Shown here one piece after another: positions 1-15,281 of a DNA stretch of 64,000 nt (positions within the stretch are counted from its first letter, which is position 1; the number at the start of each line of letters is the position of its first letter). This DNA comes from an uncultured cyanobacterium (GTDB lineage: Bacteria; Cyanobacteriota; Cyanobacteriia; Cyanobacteriales; Cyanobacteriaceae), in contig CAVQBA010000006.1 of NCBI GenBank assembly GCA_963710605.1, positions 416,001-480,000 of the forward strand, in the 5' to 3' direction. The notes under the pieces were generated by a model, which saw nothing but the letters and a program-made list of their open reading frames with translations, was not told the origin of the DNA and searched no databases. Both the position numbers and the translations under genes were made by a program.

Positions 1-185
1 GCTAAAGTATTAGGTACAAAACCGTAGTCGTAAGGGTATTTTACTGAAGAAAACAAAACTCGATCGAGGATAAAAGCATTCATATCCTTATCAAATTCAT
101 ATTTATTTTTACAGCCACCAGGGATTTCAATCAAAACGTTGATAATACCAGTTTTAGGTTGTGCAGGAATACGAGATAAATCCAT
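1..185 (-). CDS. ppa: Inorganic pyrophosphatase, 5' part (runs off window start)
   Basis: Manual translation [61 protein letters not shown]; family I PPase N-terminus. Confidence 0.93.
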   Translation of the reverse strand, partial: MDLSRIPAQPKTGIINVLIEIPGGCKNKYEFDKDMNAFILDRVLFSSVKYPYDYGFVPNTL

Positions 186-336
186 TTCTAAATTTTTCCT
201 TATAGTTAATATAGACAAATACGTTATTATTTAACCACAACAAGGAGCAATTAAGATAATTAATCGATCGATAACTAAACTGATAATTAAAAAATTCGTT
301 AAATTACAGAACAAAGACAACAATCTTGATTAACAA

Positions 337-753
337 TTAAATTCTTTCAGTAAATTCTAATTGACCATTATTAGCCGTTAAAGATTGTTCAAAATAGTCT
401 GCAATATGATTATTCTCATCACCAACAATTACTTTGGCTTGATGTCCTGTTAACATTACTTTATGACGATCGCATTGTTCATAAGCATAGATAATCAAAA
501 TGTCTCCTACCTCGCACAATAATGCCGCACCGCCATTAGGGCAAATTTCACGACTACCTCTAATACCGGGTATTGCATAAGTTGACCATCTTTTACCATT
601 ATTTAAATTAATAATATCTACTTCTTCTAAAGGTAGAATACCTACTTTTTCAAGCAAATCAGGATCAATACTAATACTACCAACATAATCAACATTAGCT
701 GATGTAACTCTAATTCTATGCAACTTAGCGTGCATCAAGCGAATCATACTCAT
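337..753 (-). CDS. panD: Aspartate 1-decarboxylase proenzyme
   Basis: [14 protein letters not shown] self-cleavage (G/S) motif, TYAI, NGGAA. Confidence 0.93.
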   Translation of the reverse strand: MSMIRLMHAKLHRIRVTSANVDYVGSISIDPDLLEKVGILPLEEVDIINLNNGKRWSTYAIPGIRGSREICPNGGAALLCEVGDILIIYAYEQCDRHKVMLTGHQAKVIVGDENNHIADYFEQSLTANNGQLEFTERI

Positions 754-771
754 TCAATTAATAATAAGTCA

Positions 772-804
772 AAAGGGCAAAGGACAAGGGGCAAAGGGCA
801 AAGG
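772..804. repeat. Heptamer tandem repeat (AAAGGGC)n, STRR-like
   Basis: aaagggcaaaggacaaggggcaaagggcaaagg; same unit on the opposite strand at 20712-20746. Confidence 0.75.
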
Positions 805-971
805 TTATTTTATGAGGAAAGCTTATAGCTATCGTTAAAAACCAAATTACCAACACTTAGCAGGGTTTTAAAACGTCTATTTTTTGAGAATCAACAACAA
901 TCAACAACAATTAATGCTTAATTCGATCGTTTTTACCTTCTATTTTTTAGTAAATAGCTATTTGTCTTTAT

Positions 972-1148
972 CTAAAATATATTACTTCCGTTGTTTAAAA
1001 TCAAAGAAAAAATTAACGATACATCAGTAATCGGGGCAGGAATCATTTCTCCTCTTGAGTCTAACAATTGAACTACTAATAAATAAACTACTCCTAATAA
1101 AACCGAAATCACGCCCGTAACGATCGCTACAAATTTTTTTCTATCCAT
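972..1148 (-). CDS. Small conserved cyanobacterial membrane protein (58 aa, not in ORF track)
   Basis: MDRKKFVAIVTGVISVLLGVVYLLVVQLLDSRGEMIPAP...; one TM helix followed by LLDxRGEMIPAP. Confidence 0.75.
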   Translation of the reverse strand: MDRKKFVAIVTGVISVLLGVVYLLVVQLLDSRGEMIPAPITDVSLIFSLILNNGSNIF

Positions 1149-1414
1149 AAGTACAATCTACCTTCTCTGAAATATATTTTAATTCTCTGGAAATTATCTT
1201 ACTCAATTATATATTAATTACTATGCAAAACTAGCCAAAAAACAAATAATCAAAAATTGATACTGATTTTTAGTTTAAAATAAAGATTAGAAAATAATAT
1301 GTTTTTATATTTATTTCGTCGTACATATTTTAGCTTTCATTTTAAACCATTACCAAGTTTTCCGTACAAATAAATTAAAGTTACCACTATTTGATATATT
1401 TAAAAAGTTACTAA

Positions 1415-4400
1415 CTAAAATCTTCTTTGAAACTCAATCACCGCTCTACTATCCTGCTCAAAATTACTAGAGCCTCTAATAATAATATCCTCATTTAAAT
1501 GGTAGCGAAGACTATATCTAGGTGCTTGAGAATTCGTGATAATTTTAGTTACTGAAATAGAAAAATCATCAGTTAAATCAAGAGCTAATTCAGCCCCTAA
1601 ACCAAATGTTGATGTTCGCTCTTTAGAATCAATTATTTGAGTAGGAAAAAGCCTAAACTCGTCAAAACCAAGTGTTTCTTGTAATGCTCCTTGAATTCCT
1701 CCTAAAACAGCGGCACTAGCAAAGTTTAGTAAATTCAACTCACTATTTTCACTTGCAAAATTATTAATAAATCCTCCTCCTAAAAGAGCTACAATTTCTG
1801 TTTGGTTACGACTAGGATTACTACTTAATTCGATATTATTATTTAAGTTATCACTTCTACCTTGAATATCAGCTTTAATTTTAATTGTTTGAGCTGTATT
1901 AATTGCAAAATTACTTAAATCTTCAATTTCATTTGAGTTAGAATTATTCGGTAACTGATAACGACTTGCTTGAGTTACATAAGTTTCTAATTGTAAATCA
2001 AGATATGGATTAAATCCATTTTCAGGGGTAAACTTAGCTATATTATTTCTTCCTTCAACTAACTTTAATTGACTAGTAAATAGATTTATTTTTCCTGAAC
2101 GTAGGTTAATAATTCCTTCTGGAGATAGACTATTCAAACTCCCATTTAAGTTTAAACTTCCTTCAGCTTTTAGTCTTAATAATATTGGTTGGCTAATGTG
2201 TATATTATCGCCTAAAACTAAAGATAGATCATTAACTTCTATTCCGTTGAAGTTATTTTTTTTAGTCTTTTTAGTAGTCGAGTTATTTTCTTTTTTGGCT
2301 ATCTTAATATCTCCATCTGTCATCGTTATATTACCACTAACAGATGGCTCGATTGAGCTACCAGTTATTGTCAAATTACCATTAGCTTCTCCTCGATATA
2401 AATTGTCTAAATTTAAGGAAAGATTATCAAACAAAATGTCTAAGGATTGACCTTTAATATCCTTGTTAACGATCGGTAAACTACCCAAAAGAGAAATTTG
2501 CCCCCCATTAAAGTTACCACTCAAATTAGATATATTTAACTGAGCAAAATTAAACAAAACTTGACCATTAATATTAGTAATTGGCTCTTGATTAAGTATT
2601 TCACCATTTATAATACCATCTTCAAAACTAGCAATTCCTTCGGTTTGAATTTGCGAAACCTCATTTCTAGCTTGGTTATATTTACCCTTAATATCTAAAT
2701 CAATATTACCATTACCATCTATCCAATTAAGTCGATTATCAGTTGCAATACCCAATAGAGAAAAACCTTCTTTTTCTAAATCAAATTTTACCTTAAAATC
2801 ATTATTATCAGGCTCAATTGAATTAGGAAATAATTTAAAAGGAATACTAGCAATAACTGTAAAATAATCAATACTTTCATCGAAACTACTTTTAGCTAAA
2901 AAATCTATTCGAGAATTTCTAAAACCAAGACTCGCAGTCGCTTTTTCTACACTATTGCCGTTTATTGTTGAATCAACAATTTCAATATTTCCTCTCGCTG
3001 AAGGTTTTTCTTGACTACCACTAACAGCTATATTGGCATTAATATCTCCTTTAATATCAAAAGAATCAGGGATATTTAAAAAAGGTTTTAATTGACTAAC
3101 AGGAAAATTGGCTAAATTTATATCACCACTTATTTTCTCAGGTTGAAACGTCCCTGTTAAAGATAAAATACTTTCATTACTTTTAATCGTAACAGGTCGA
3201 AAAGTCAACAAACCATTTTTATAACTGCCCGACAACTGAAGTAAATCACCTTCGTATTTACCCCATTGCCATTTATCACCTAGAAAATCAAACTCAGCAT
3301 TCACTCCATTATCAACCGAAGCCGTTAAATTAATGTCACCTGTAAAATCACCATTTAATTCTTCAAGTTTTGGCAACGTTGCTTTGACTCTTTCTCTATT
3401 TTCTTGAGCAACTTGATTCTCTATTTGACGATAATAAGAAAGATTATCTAGTAAAGATTTATCACCACTATTAATCGAAATCAAAGGTTTTGTTGGCTTA
3501 GTTGATTTTAAACTATTATTTATTTGTGATAATGATGAATTAGCTGATTCGGATTTTTCTTTTATTTTTAGTTGGTTAGAAGCAGTTGATGAAGTATATT
3601 TTTCTACTGGTATTGTCTCTGATTGATTTGAAGTGTCAGGTATAAATTCTTGCTCTTTTTCTGTATCTAATTCATCACTGTAACTAACATTATTAATTGA
3701 TTGTGTTTGTGTCTCAAATTGACTAATATTGTTAGTATCTGTAACTGACTCTGTTTGTTTGTCTAATTGATTTGAAACACCTATATCTTTAATTGACTCT
3801 GTTTTTAACTTAGCTGAAGAAGAAGTTAATCCCAAATCATCAGTGCGAATAGGGAGTAAAAAATTATTAACATCAGTTTCAGTCTTATTTTTCCTATTTT
3901 CATCATTTTGCTCAAAATTACTTGCAGAAGAATATAAATCTTGACTTGTGGCATATTTTCGAGGCTTGAAACCATCGGGGATGTCTCCAAGTTCAAAAAA
4001 TTGTAAACTAGTTAGTAAATTTTGCAGATTTCCTTTAGCTACTTGTAAATTTGCTTGAAGTTGAGGATTCTCAGCAAATGGATTCAATTCTCCTGTAAAG
4101 TCATACTGGTTTGTCTGGTGTTTTAAACTACCTTTAGTGATAGTAAAAATACCATTATTAGATGTTAATTGTGTAGTAAGAATATCTCCTTGCAAATGAT
4201 TAACTTGAGGTTTAATGATAACAACATCAGCATCAGTCACATTATAATCAGTTAGATTTAGATTAATCTCTCCTGAAAGACTACCCCCTACTTTATCAAC
4301 TTGGGAAGGAAAATAACTCAGCCAAGGTTGTGTAACTTGATTTAAAGGTATATTCTCCAGATTAAAAGCTAAATTACCATCTATTTTTTTACCTTGTATT

Positions 4401-7018
4401 TTTGTCTTATCAGTTTGTAAATAGAGATTTTGCGGTTGATAGTTTTGATTTAGTCGTAAAGATAATTTATCGTTATTTTGAAGAGAATCTAAATTTAAGC
4501 TGACACCTTCTGTTGATGATGCGATTAAATCGCCTTGAAGGGGCGAAAAACGCAGATTAGCCAATTGCAAATTATCAACATCAACTTTACCTTTTAGTTG
4601 AGGAGAAGAAACATTACCTGCAAGTTTTCCTTGAAAGTTTATTTTACCTTGATAGTTTAATAATGCTAAAGATTTTGGTAAGGGTAATCGATCGATATTT
4701 ACTTGTTGAGCGTTAACATCTAAATTAATATCAGTGACGTTTTTTTTATTTAAATCATAGTTGATAATTCCTTTTGCTTGAATACCATCGTTTATAATTG
4801 CTTTTTTGATTTGTATGTTGTTACCATTCCATCTAAAAGCGACATCAAGTGGTTGATTGATAACACTGATTCCTTTTGTTAAATTTAAATTTCCATCAAC
4901 TGTGATAAACTGCGGTTGCAATTGATTGATATTACCAACTATAGTTAAGTCACCAATTGCATCTCCTCTTAATGTTGGATTGATATTGGTTAAGGTAAAA
5001 TTTTTGGTAAAAGTTTGGGCAATAAAGTTATCTTTTTGAAGTGTAAAATTATTTATTTGAATATCACCTTGAGGTAAATTAAGATTACCTTTTCCTTTTA
5101 TTTCAATATTTTCACGGTTATTAAAGTTTCCTGCTATTTGTAAGTTAGCACTTAAGTCAATATTGTTTTTAATTGGTGATGATGTTAAATTAACTGATGG
5201 TAATTGTGATATATCGAAATTATTAATTTTGGCTGATGTTTGCCAATTACTACCATTTATCTGAGTATTTTCTAACCTCACCTTATTTTCAGCTAAGTTA
5301 AAATTAAAATCGCCTAGTAAATTAATACTATCAGTACTAAAGTTGTTTGTTTTACCTGATACTTGAAATGTACCGTCTAATAGAGAATTTTGGCAACCAA
5401 TTTTATTACAATCAAGATTAGGTAATTCAGCTAATGGGAAAGATGATAAGTTAACTTTTCCTTGCCAAGTTTGATTATCTATTTTTAATTGGTTAATGAC
5501 AGCTTTACCACTACTTAATTCGACTGTAGCAACTCCTGTCAGTTTCGATCGATTTATCTGTTGCCAATTACCATTAATATTATATTCACCGTTGATATTA
5601 CCTACTATATCTGGTACATTTTGCTGATATAAATTAGCTAGTTTTTTGACATCAATATTTTTTCCTTGCCAATCGAGATTGAAGCTACTATTCTGACGAT
5701 TGAGACTAATATTTCCTCTACCATTAATTTTTCCACCGATCGTTGGTACAATTTCAATATTATCAAAAGACAATTGTCTATTTTCAATTGTTAGGTTAGT
5801 TAATAATTGATTAATCGGAATTTGATCAATTTGTAGATTACGATCGTTTATTATCTTCGCTTTAACTACAGGTTGTTTTATTTTTCCTGTAATATTAATC
5901 TTTCCTTGAATTTTTCCTTTTGTGACTAACTTACCCTTATTTATTTTTAAACTTGTGAGTACATTATCGATCGTGGTAGATTTATTGGTATCTGCAATTA
6001 AGTCTAATTCTCGATAATTACTAATTACCCCTTCAATTCGGGTTGAAATTAAGCCAAAATTTGTTTTTACCCCCGTTAGAGTAATATCACCATCGGCAAA
6101 AGTAAGATTACCACTACTCTTAGTTAAAGTTTGCACTAAATTAGGAATAACAACGTTAGCTTCATCAAGTGTTATCTTTCCTTCAAGACTATTCAAATCT
6201 AGTTTGCTATTGGCAAAATTAAATTTTAACTCCCCAGTAACTACTCCCGAGTTAATATTAATTGGTAATTTGACTATTTGATTAACCGTATCTATGGGTA
6301 AATCTTTATTATTTAACTTCAATAACCAGTTTTTTCCTTGTGGCTTATACAAACCATTGCCAACTATCTTGCCACCATTAACTAAATTTCCTTGCAGATT
6401 AAATGTATATAGTTGAGGATTTTCAAAATTAATCTTAGCTACAGGAATTTTAACTTCATTAGTTTTTGGTGATATATTACCTTGATACTGATTACTTTTA
6501 ATGGTTAAATTACTGTTTTTAACAATAATTTCATTAACTGTAAAACGCCATTTTTTTGCGTTATCTTTGTTTTTTCGTAGTTGTAATTTCAACCAACTAT
6601 TATTATTGTCTTGTTGTAAATAACCTTGTGCCTGATGAAGTATTATCTCTAATTCAACTTTATTATTTACTAACTCCCAAAGATTAATTTTAATTTCCAC
6701 TTCTTGGGCAACCAAAAAGTCATTTTCTTGGTTAGTAGCAGGTAGATAACTTTTACCTATCACTATCGAGGTTAAAGAAACTGCTTTTACTTCTCCTAAC
6801 TTTATTGGGCGAGACAGATATGCACTGACTGGTTTTTCAATCATTGGTATCATTTCTTGGGTTAAAAAATACCAACTATAGCTAATTCCTCCACCTAATG
6901 ATAATAACATTAAGTAAATTAGCGATCGCCAAAAATTTGACAACTTTGCTTTACTTGAATAATTATTTTTTTGGTGGCTATTATTAGATTGAGAAGAATA
7001 GTCAGGAGTATCAATCAT
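1415..7018 (-). CDS. tamB: TamB/DUF490 family translocation and assembly module protein
   Basis: 1867 aa, N-terminal TM anchor, long beta-rich body, C-terminal DUF490-type region (LSSNPSRNQTEIVALLGG ... EFQRRF). Confidence 0.85.
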   Translation of the reverse strand: MIDTPDYSSQSNNSHQKNNYSSKAKLSNFWRSLIYLMLLSLGGGISYSWYFLTQEMIPMIEKPVSAYLSRPIKLGEVKAVSLTSIVIGKSYLPATNQENDFLVAQEVEIKINLWELVNNKVELEIILHQAQGYLQQDNNNSWLKLQLRKNKDNAKKWRFTVNEIIVKNSNLTIKSNQYQGNISPKTNEVKIPVAKINFENPQLYTFNLQGNLVNGGKIVGNGLYKPQGKNWLLKLNNKDLPIDTVNQIVKLPININSGVVTGELKFNFANSKLDLNSLEGKITLDEANVVIPNLVQTLTKSSGNLTFADGDITLTGVKTNFGLISTRIEGVISNYRELDLIADTNKSTTIDNVLTSLKINKGKLVTKGKIQGKINITGKIKQPVVKAKIINDRNLQIDQIPINQLLTNLTIENRQLSFDNIEIVPTIGGKINGRGNISLNRQNSSFNLDWQGKNIDVKKLANLYQQNVPDIVGNINGEYNINGNWQQINRSKLTGVATVELSSGKAVINQLKIDNQTWQGKVNLSSFPLAELPNLDCNKIGCQNSLLDGTFQVSGKTNNFSTDSINLLGDFNFNLAENKVRLENTQINGSNWQTSAKINNFDISQLPSVNLTSSPIKNNIDLSANLQIAGNFNNRENIEIKGKGNLNLPQGDIQINNFTLQKDNFIAQTFTKNFTLTNINPTLRGDAIGDLTIVGNINQLQPQFITVDGNLNLTKGISVINQPLDVAFRWNGNNIQIKKAIINDGIQAKGIINYDLNKKNVTDINLDVNAQQVNIDRLPLPKSLALLNYQGKINFQGKLAGNVSSPQLKGKVDVDNLQLANLRFSPLQGDLIASSTEGVSLNLDSLQNNDKLSLRLNQNYQPQNLYLQTDKTKIQGKKIDGNLAFNLENIPLNQVTQPWLSYFPSQVDKVGGSLSGEINLNLTDYNVTDADVVIIKPQVNHLQGDILTTQLTSNNGIFTITKGSLKHQTNQYDFTGELNPFAENPQLQANLQVAKGNLQNLLTSLQFFELGDIPDGFKPRKYATSQDLYSSASNFEQNDENRKNKTETDVNNFLLPIRTDDLGLTSSSAKLKTESIKDIGVSNQLDKQTESVTDTNNISQFETQTQSINNVSYSDELDTEKEQEFIPDTSNQSETIPVEKYTSSTASNQLKIKEKSESANSSLSQINNSLKSTKPTKPLISINSGDKSLLDNLSYYRQIENQVAQENRERVKATLPKLEELNGDFTGDINLTASVDNGVNAEFDFLGDKWQWGKYEGDLLQLSGSYKNGLLTFRPVTIKSNESILSLTGTFQPEKISGDINLANFPVSQLKPFLNIPDSFDIKGDINANIAVSGSQEKPSARGNIEIVDSTINGNSVEKATASLGFRNSRIDFLAKSSFDESIDYFTVIASIPFKLFPNSIEPDNNDFKVKFDLEKEGFSLLGIATDNRLNWIDGNGNIDLDIKGKYNQARNEVSQIQTEGIASFEDGIINGEILNQEPITNINGQVLFNFAQLNISNLSGNFNGGQISLLGSLPIVNKDIKGQSLDILFDNLSLNLDNLYRGEANGNLTITGSSIEPSVSGNITMTDGDIKIAKKENNSTTKKTKKNNFNGIEVNDLSLVLGDNIHISQPILLRLKAEGSLNLNGSLNSLSPEGIINLRSGKINLFTSQLKLVEGRNNIAKFTPENGFNPYLDLQLETYVTQASRYQLPNNSNSNEIEDLSNFAINTAQTIKIKADIQGRSDNLNNNIELSSNPSRNQTEIVALLGGGFINNFASENSELNLLNFASAAVLGGIQGALQETLGFDEFRLFPTQIIDSKERTSTFGLGAELALDLTDDFSISVTKIITNSQAPRYSLRYHLNEDIIIRGSSNFEQDSRAVIEFQRRF

Positions 7019-7387
7019 GTGGCTTCTACTTTTATCTATCCATTGCCATTAAATATTACTTTACATTATGATATTTTTTTCTTTTTTTTGGTGAAACTTT
7101 TTATTAATTTAAAGTACTTTTTGACTATCTACTTTAACTATTGACAAAAAAAAAGGGAGAGACTTTCCCCTTTATCTTCAATAAACACTATAAATGAAAG
7201 TGAATTTCAAGTAATTAAAGTTTTCAGTTTTCTTGCCATAATTATTTTACTTTCTCTTTCAGTTATATTTTGTGACATAAATACTATCAGCAGTTTTTAA
7301 TCTATCAAGGATAAGAGAAATTTAAAAAAATCCTTAATCACCAATTAATAAAATGATATGCTTTAAGTCTTGATCAACTAAAACTAC

Positions 7388-7741
7388 CTAACCCAAAGCA
7401 GTCTCTAATTTATTTGAATTACTTATTTCTGTAATCATTGGTACTGATACTGGTTTTTTTTTCTCCTCACCTGTCTCGATTGTATTTTCGCTCACAGATA
7501 ATCGTGTGCAAGGAATTGTATCCGAAAGAATAGCACTTGCCATCATACCCGAATGAATCTCTAATAAAGCTTCCGGAAGAGTTTCAAACACTAATCTTTG
7601 CCCTGGAAATACGACTCTTTCAAAATACCAATTATCTATATTAGTAATTCTGGTGATTTGTATTTGACTTGTGGCATTTACATAACAACACAAAATTTTA
7701 TCATTCTTATCGTTAGGAACTGCATCTAATATTTGAGCCAT
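7388..7741 (-). CDS. DUF1830 domain protein
   Basis: ILCCYVNATSQIQITRITNIDNWYFERVVFPGQRLVFE signature. Confidence 0.85.
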   Translation of the reverse strand: MAQILDAVPNDKNDKILCCYVNATSQIQITRITNIDNWYFERVVFPGQRLVFETLPEALLEIHSGMMASAILSDTIPCTRLSVSENTIETGEEKKKPVSVPMITEISNSNKLETALG

Positions 7742-8254
7742 AATTATAAAAGCTTTTAAAAATAATTTTTTCTTACTCCATCTAAGCTAACATTCATTCA
7801 TACCAATTAGTTGTAAAGATCATTACCAATTAAATATTATTTTCTTTTCGATCTTTTTTTTTCTAATAATTCTAAGCAATTGTTAAAAAAATATTAAAAT
7901 ATCTTTATTTAGATAATAATTACTTTAAAGTTACAAAACTAAAAACTTTTGCTTAACTAATTATAGATTGTTTTTACCTAAAAAATAAAGCTTTCTATTC
8001 TTACTTTTAATTATCTGTCTTCTTTCTATCATTTTGAACATTAAGCTTAATCTTGATTTATTTTTTTCTACATAGAGATATTAAAAGCAAAAACTAAAAT
8101 TAAAAGTTAGTACAGTAAAGCAATAATAAATAATTAAAATAAATGTATCTTGATTATTTATTTGAGCATAAATAAGACAAAAACACATTAATTATTATTG
8201 AGAATTATGAATAAATGTTAATTTAACTTTTTATTACTAGCTCATTTTTTCCAT

Positions 8255-9100
8255 TTAAATTAATTCTCCTGTAAATACTTTAGTTGTTGAACCTGTCATA
8301 TAAACATGGTTGTCTTTCTCGCACCACTCAATATCTAAACAACCTCCTGGTAACTCAACAGTAGTTTGACGATCGCATTTACCATTAAGTACACCGGCTA
8401 CCACTGTTGCACAAGCACCCGTACCACAAGCTAAAGTAATTCCAGCACCTCTTTCCCAAACACGCATTTTTAAATAATTACTTTTGACAACCTCAATAAA
8501 TTCAGTATTTGTTTTTTGAGGAAAAACTTCATGAGTTTCAAAACTTCTGCCAACTAGATTAAGATCTATATCCTCAATACTGTCCACAAAAACTAGACAA
8601 TGAGGATTACCCATACTCACACAACTTACCTTATACTCTTTTCCCATTACAGATAAAGGTTGATTAATTACTTTACCATCAGTTTCAGTTAAAGTTGTCG
8701 GAATTTGAGTAGCTTGCAAAAAAGGCTCACCCATATCTACTCGGACATTATTTTTTTCTTTAATTGTCGGGCTAATAACTCCTGCTAACGTATTAATCCG
8801 ATAAGTTTTATCAATAACTAGTTTTTGCTCTAAATCAGTAATAAACATTCCTAAACAACGAATACCATTACCACACATTTCTGGCTCAGAGCCATCAGAG
8901 TTAAAAATTCTCATTGTGTAATCAGCATCATCTGAATTACTAGATAAAACAAAAATTACACCATCAGCACCAATCCCAAAATGACGATCGCAAATTTTTA
9001 TCGCTTGTTCAGGAGAAAACAAAGGCGTATCCTTGTGACGATTATCAACTAAAATAAAATCATTACCCAGTCCGTGGTATTTGGTAAACTTCAAAACCAT
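8255..9100 (-). CDS. dapF: Diaminopimelate epimerase
   Basis: KYHGLGNDF, EMCGNGIRC, SMGNPH, ERGAGITLACGTGACA. Confidence 0.97.
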   Translation of the reverse strand: MVLKFTKYHGLGNDFILVDNRHKDTPLFSPEQAIKICDRHFGIGADGVIFVLSSNSDDADYTMRIFNSDGSEPEMCGNGIRCLGMFITDLEQKLVIDKTYRINTLAGVISPTIKEKNNVRVDMGEPFLQATQIPTTLTETDGKVINQPLSVMGKEYKVSCVSMGNPHCLVFVDSIEDIDLNLVGRSFETHEVFPQKTNTEFIEVVKSNYLKMRVWERGAGITLACGTGACATVVAGVLNGKCDRQTTVELPGGCLDIEWCEKDNHVYMTGSTTKVFTGELI

Positions 9101-9139
9101 AGTTAATCTCTATCAAAATATAAACTAGTCACTATTATT

Positions 9140-9349
9140 ATGACTGAATTTAACACAGGATTTCCTAGTATCCGCCAAATTCAAACCTATATTAAAAATA
9201 AAACACCAGTTGAAGTTGCTTTGTTAAACTCCACTCAAAATATTAAAGGAATAATTCAATGGCAAGATCAAAATTGTCTTTGTTTAGTTAATAGTCAACA
9301 AGAAAAGATACTTATCTGGTTTCAAGCCATTTCTTACCTTAAGCAATAG
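9140..9349 (+). CDS. hfq: Cyanobacterial Hfq-like Sm protein
   Basis: FNTGFPSIRQIQ...G.IQWQD..CL...ILIW..AISY; next to dapF as is usual in cyanobacteria. Confidence 0.88.
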   Translation: MTEFNTGFPSIRQIQTYIKNKTPVEVALLNSTQNIKGIIQWQDQNCLCLVNSQQEKILIWFQAISYLKQ

Positions 9350-9390
9350 TAAAAGTAATCAAATCAAATTGTTTGCTCAAAAAGATACTA

Positions 9391-9762
9391 CTACTTAATA
9401 TTTTGTCTCTCGTAATTACTAACACGACAACCAAGATTAAAAATATTAGTTCCACATTCTAAAGGTACTAGTTGCTTATTTACCATCGCCGTACAGCTAA
9501 TATAACCATTACTATCAGTATCCTTAAAAACACAATTTACAGATTCACCATTCACATCATTAGTCCAAGTATTCATACTTTGTACAGCTACAAAATGTTC
9601 GCCATACAACCAAAATAACGTTAGTAAGATTAAGGAGAATACCAATACACCGAAAACTAGTAGAAGTTTCCAATTAAATAAGAGACTAGTTTTTTTTACT
9701 TGATTTTCGGCTTTAGTTGTTTTTACTTCGTCTTTTTGCTTGTTTTGCTGATCTAATTCCAT
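9391..9762 (-). CDS. Hypothetical single-TM protein with Cys-containing soluble domain
   Basis: 123-aa ORF, hydrophobic segment then C..DTDSNGYISCTA..PLECG..GCR. Confidence 0.7.
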   Translation of the reverse strand: MELDQQNKQKDEVKTTKAENQVKKTSLLFNWKLLLVFGVLVFSLILLTLFWLYGEHFVAVQSMNTWTNDVNGESVNCVFKDTDSNGYISCTAMVNKQLVPLECGTNIFNLGCRVSNYERQNIK

Positions 9763-9921
9763 GAGTCTTTTTTTTTACTAATGATTTCACTTCATCATGA
9801 TTGATGTTTTATCTAGGATAGCAATTATTTTTTCAATTAATAGATAAGGATTAAAATACTGTTATGTATAGGCTTGAGTGAAACCGATCGTCACTAAATA
9901 GAAACAAAAAGAAGAGAAAGG

Positions 9922-9950
9922 TTGACAGTAGAGAAAATAGTGGTTATATT
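9922..9950 (+). promoter_or_regulatory. rrn promoter (-35 TTGACA, 17 bp spacer, -10 TATATT)
   Basis: TTGACA 9922-9927, TATATT 9945-9950; boxA-like GAACCTCGACAA near 9995. Confidence 0.75.
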
Positions 9951-10148
9951 AGTAATTGTGCGTTTGAGACATCAACACCTCGAAGCCGCACATTGAACCT
10001 CGACAACTTGATATTTTTTCTAGCAATCATTAGAAATATTTTCATAACATAAAACCTTGTCAAAAAATAGTTAAATTAAAAAACAGGAATAAGTCAATCA
10101 TTATAAGTAGAAGCAACAATATGTTGCCTAAGCCGAAGTGATTAACTA

Positions 10149-11639
<1,491 letters not shown>

Positions 11640-11732
11640 TAAGGGAGACTCTAATTAATGGAGTCAGCAAGGAAAAGGAAATAAAAAAAAGTGAATTGCT
11701 AGAAAAAATAGAAAGATTGAGGGGGTTACAAT

Positions 11733-11806
<74 letters not shown>

Positions 11807-11810
11807 TGAT

Positions 11811-11886
11811 GGGGGTATAGCTCAGCTGGTAGAGCGCCTGCTTTGCAAGCAGGATGTCAGCGGTTCAAGTCCGCTTACTTCCACCA
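11811..11886 (+). tRNA. tRNA-Ala(TGC), CCA encoded
   Basis: GGGGGTATAGCTCAG...TTTGCAA...GGTTCAAGTCC...CCACCA. Confidence 0.97.
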
Positions 11887-12031
11887 AAGAAAAAAAAAGT
11901 TATTATTCAGCACCGTATCGAATAACGAGCGAATGCTGGACTGATAAAAGTTCAGAGAATGAACCTTGAAAACTGCATAGAAAAGAAAGATGAACGAAGA
12001 CTCAATTAAATTGGATTGAGTTCAAGTGAAA

Positions 12032-14819
<2,788 letters not shown>

Positions 14820-14923
14820 AAAAAAAAGCATTTGAATCAAGAAGAAAATGAAATTGAGTCGGAGAAAATCGGGAAATCTATGCAGTCTTGAGGGGGATTT
14901 GAATGAATCCTTTTCCAAGCAAT

Positions 14924-15041
14924 AGCTGGTGTGTGCAGCGTTGTGGAACCACTACGAACCATCTCGAACTCGTGTGTGAAACGCAACAGCGGCGACGATA
15001 CTGCGGGGGTAGCCCTTTGGGACAATAGTTCCATGCCAGCT
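14924..15041 (+). rRNA. rrf: 5S rRNA
   Basis: GCTGGTG...CGAACTCG...GTGAAACG...CATGCCAGC terminal stem. Confidence 0.95.
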
Positions 15042-15070
15042 TTATAATTGAAAAACAAACAAACAAAAGA

Positions 15071-15103
15071 AAGAACTCCATAGATTCGGGGTTCTTTTTT
15101 TTT
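15071..15103 (+). terminator. Rho-independent terminator of rrn operon
   Basis: AAGAACTCC-atagattc-GGGGTTCTT followed by T run. Confidence 0.8.
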
Positions 15104-15281
15104 GTAAAAAAATCTTTGTGATAAAAAGTAAAGTACTTGGTTTATTTTATTTAATATTCACTTGATTTGACATCTTATCCTTTTGAGTGATATACAGTGT
15201 GGATAATTAATGCTTTAACAAACAACAAAAGAAGCGATGTAATTATAATAGAACGATATAAGATAATAATTTATAGAGCGA

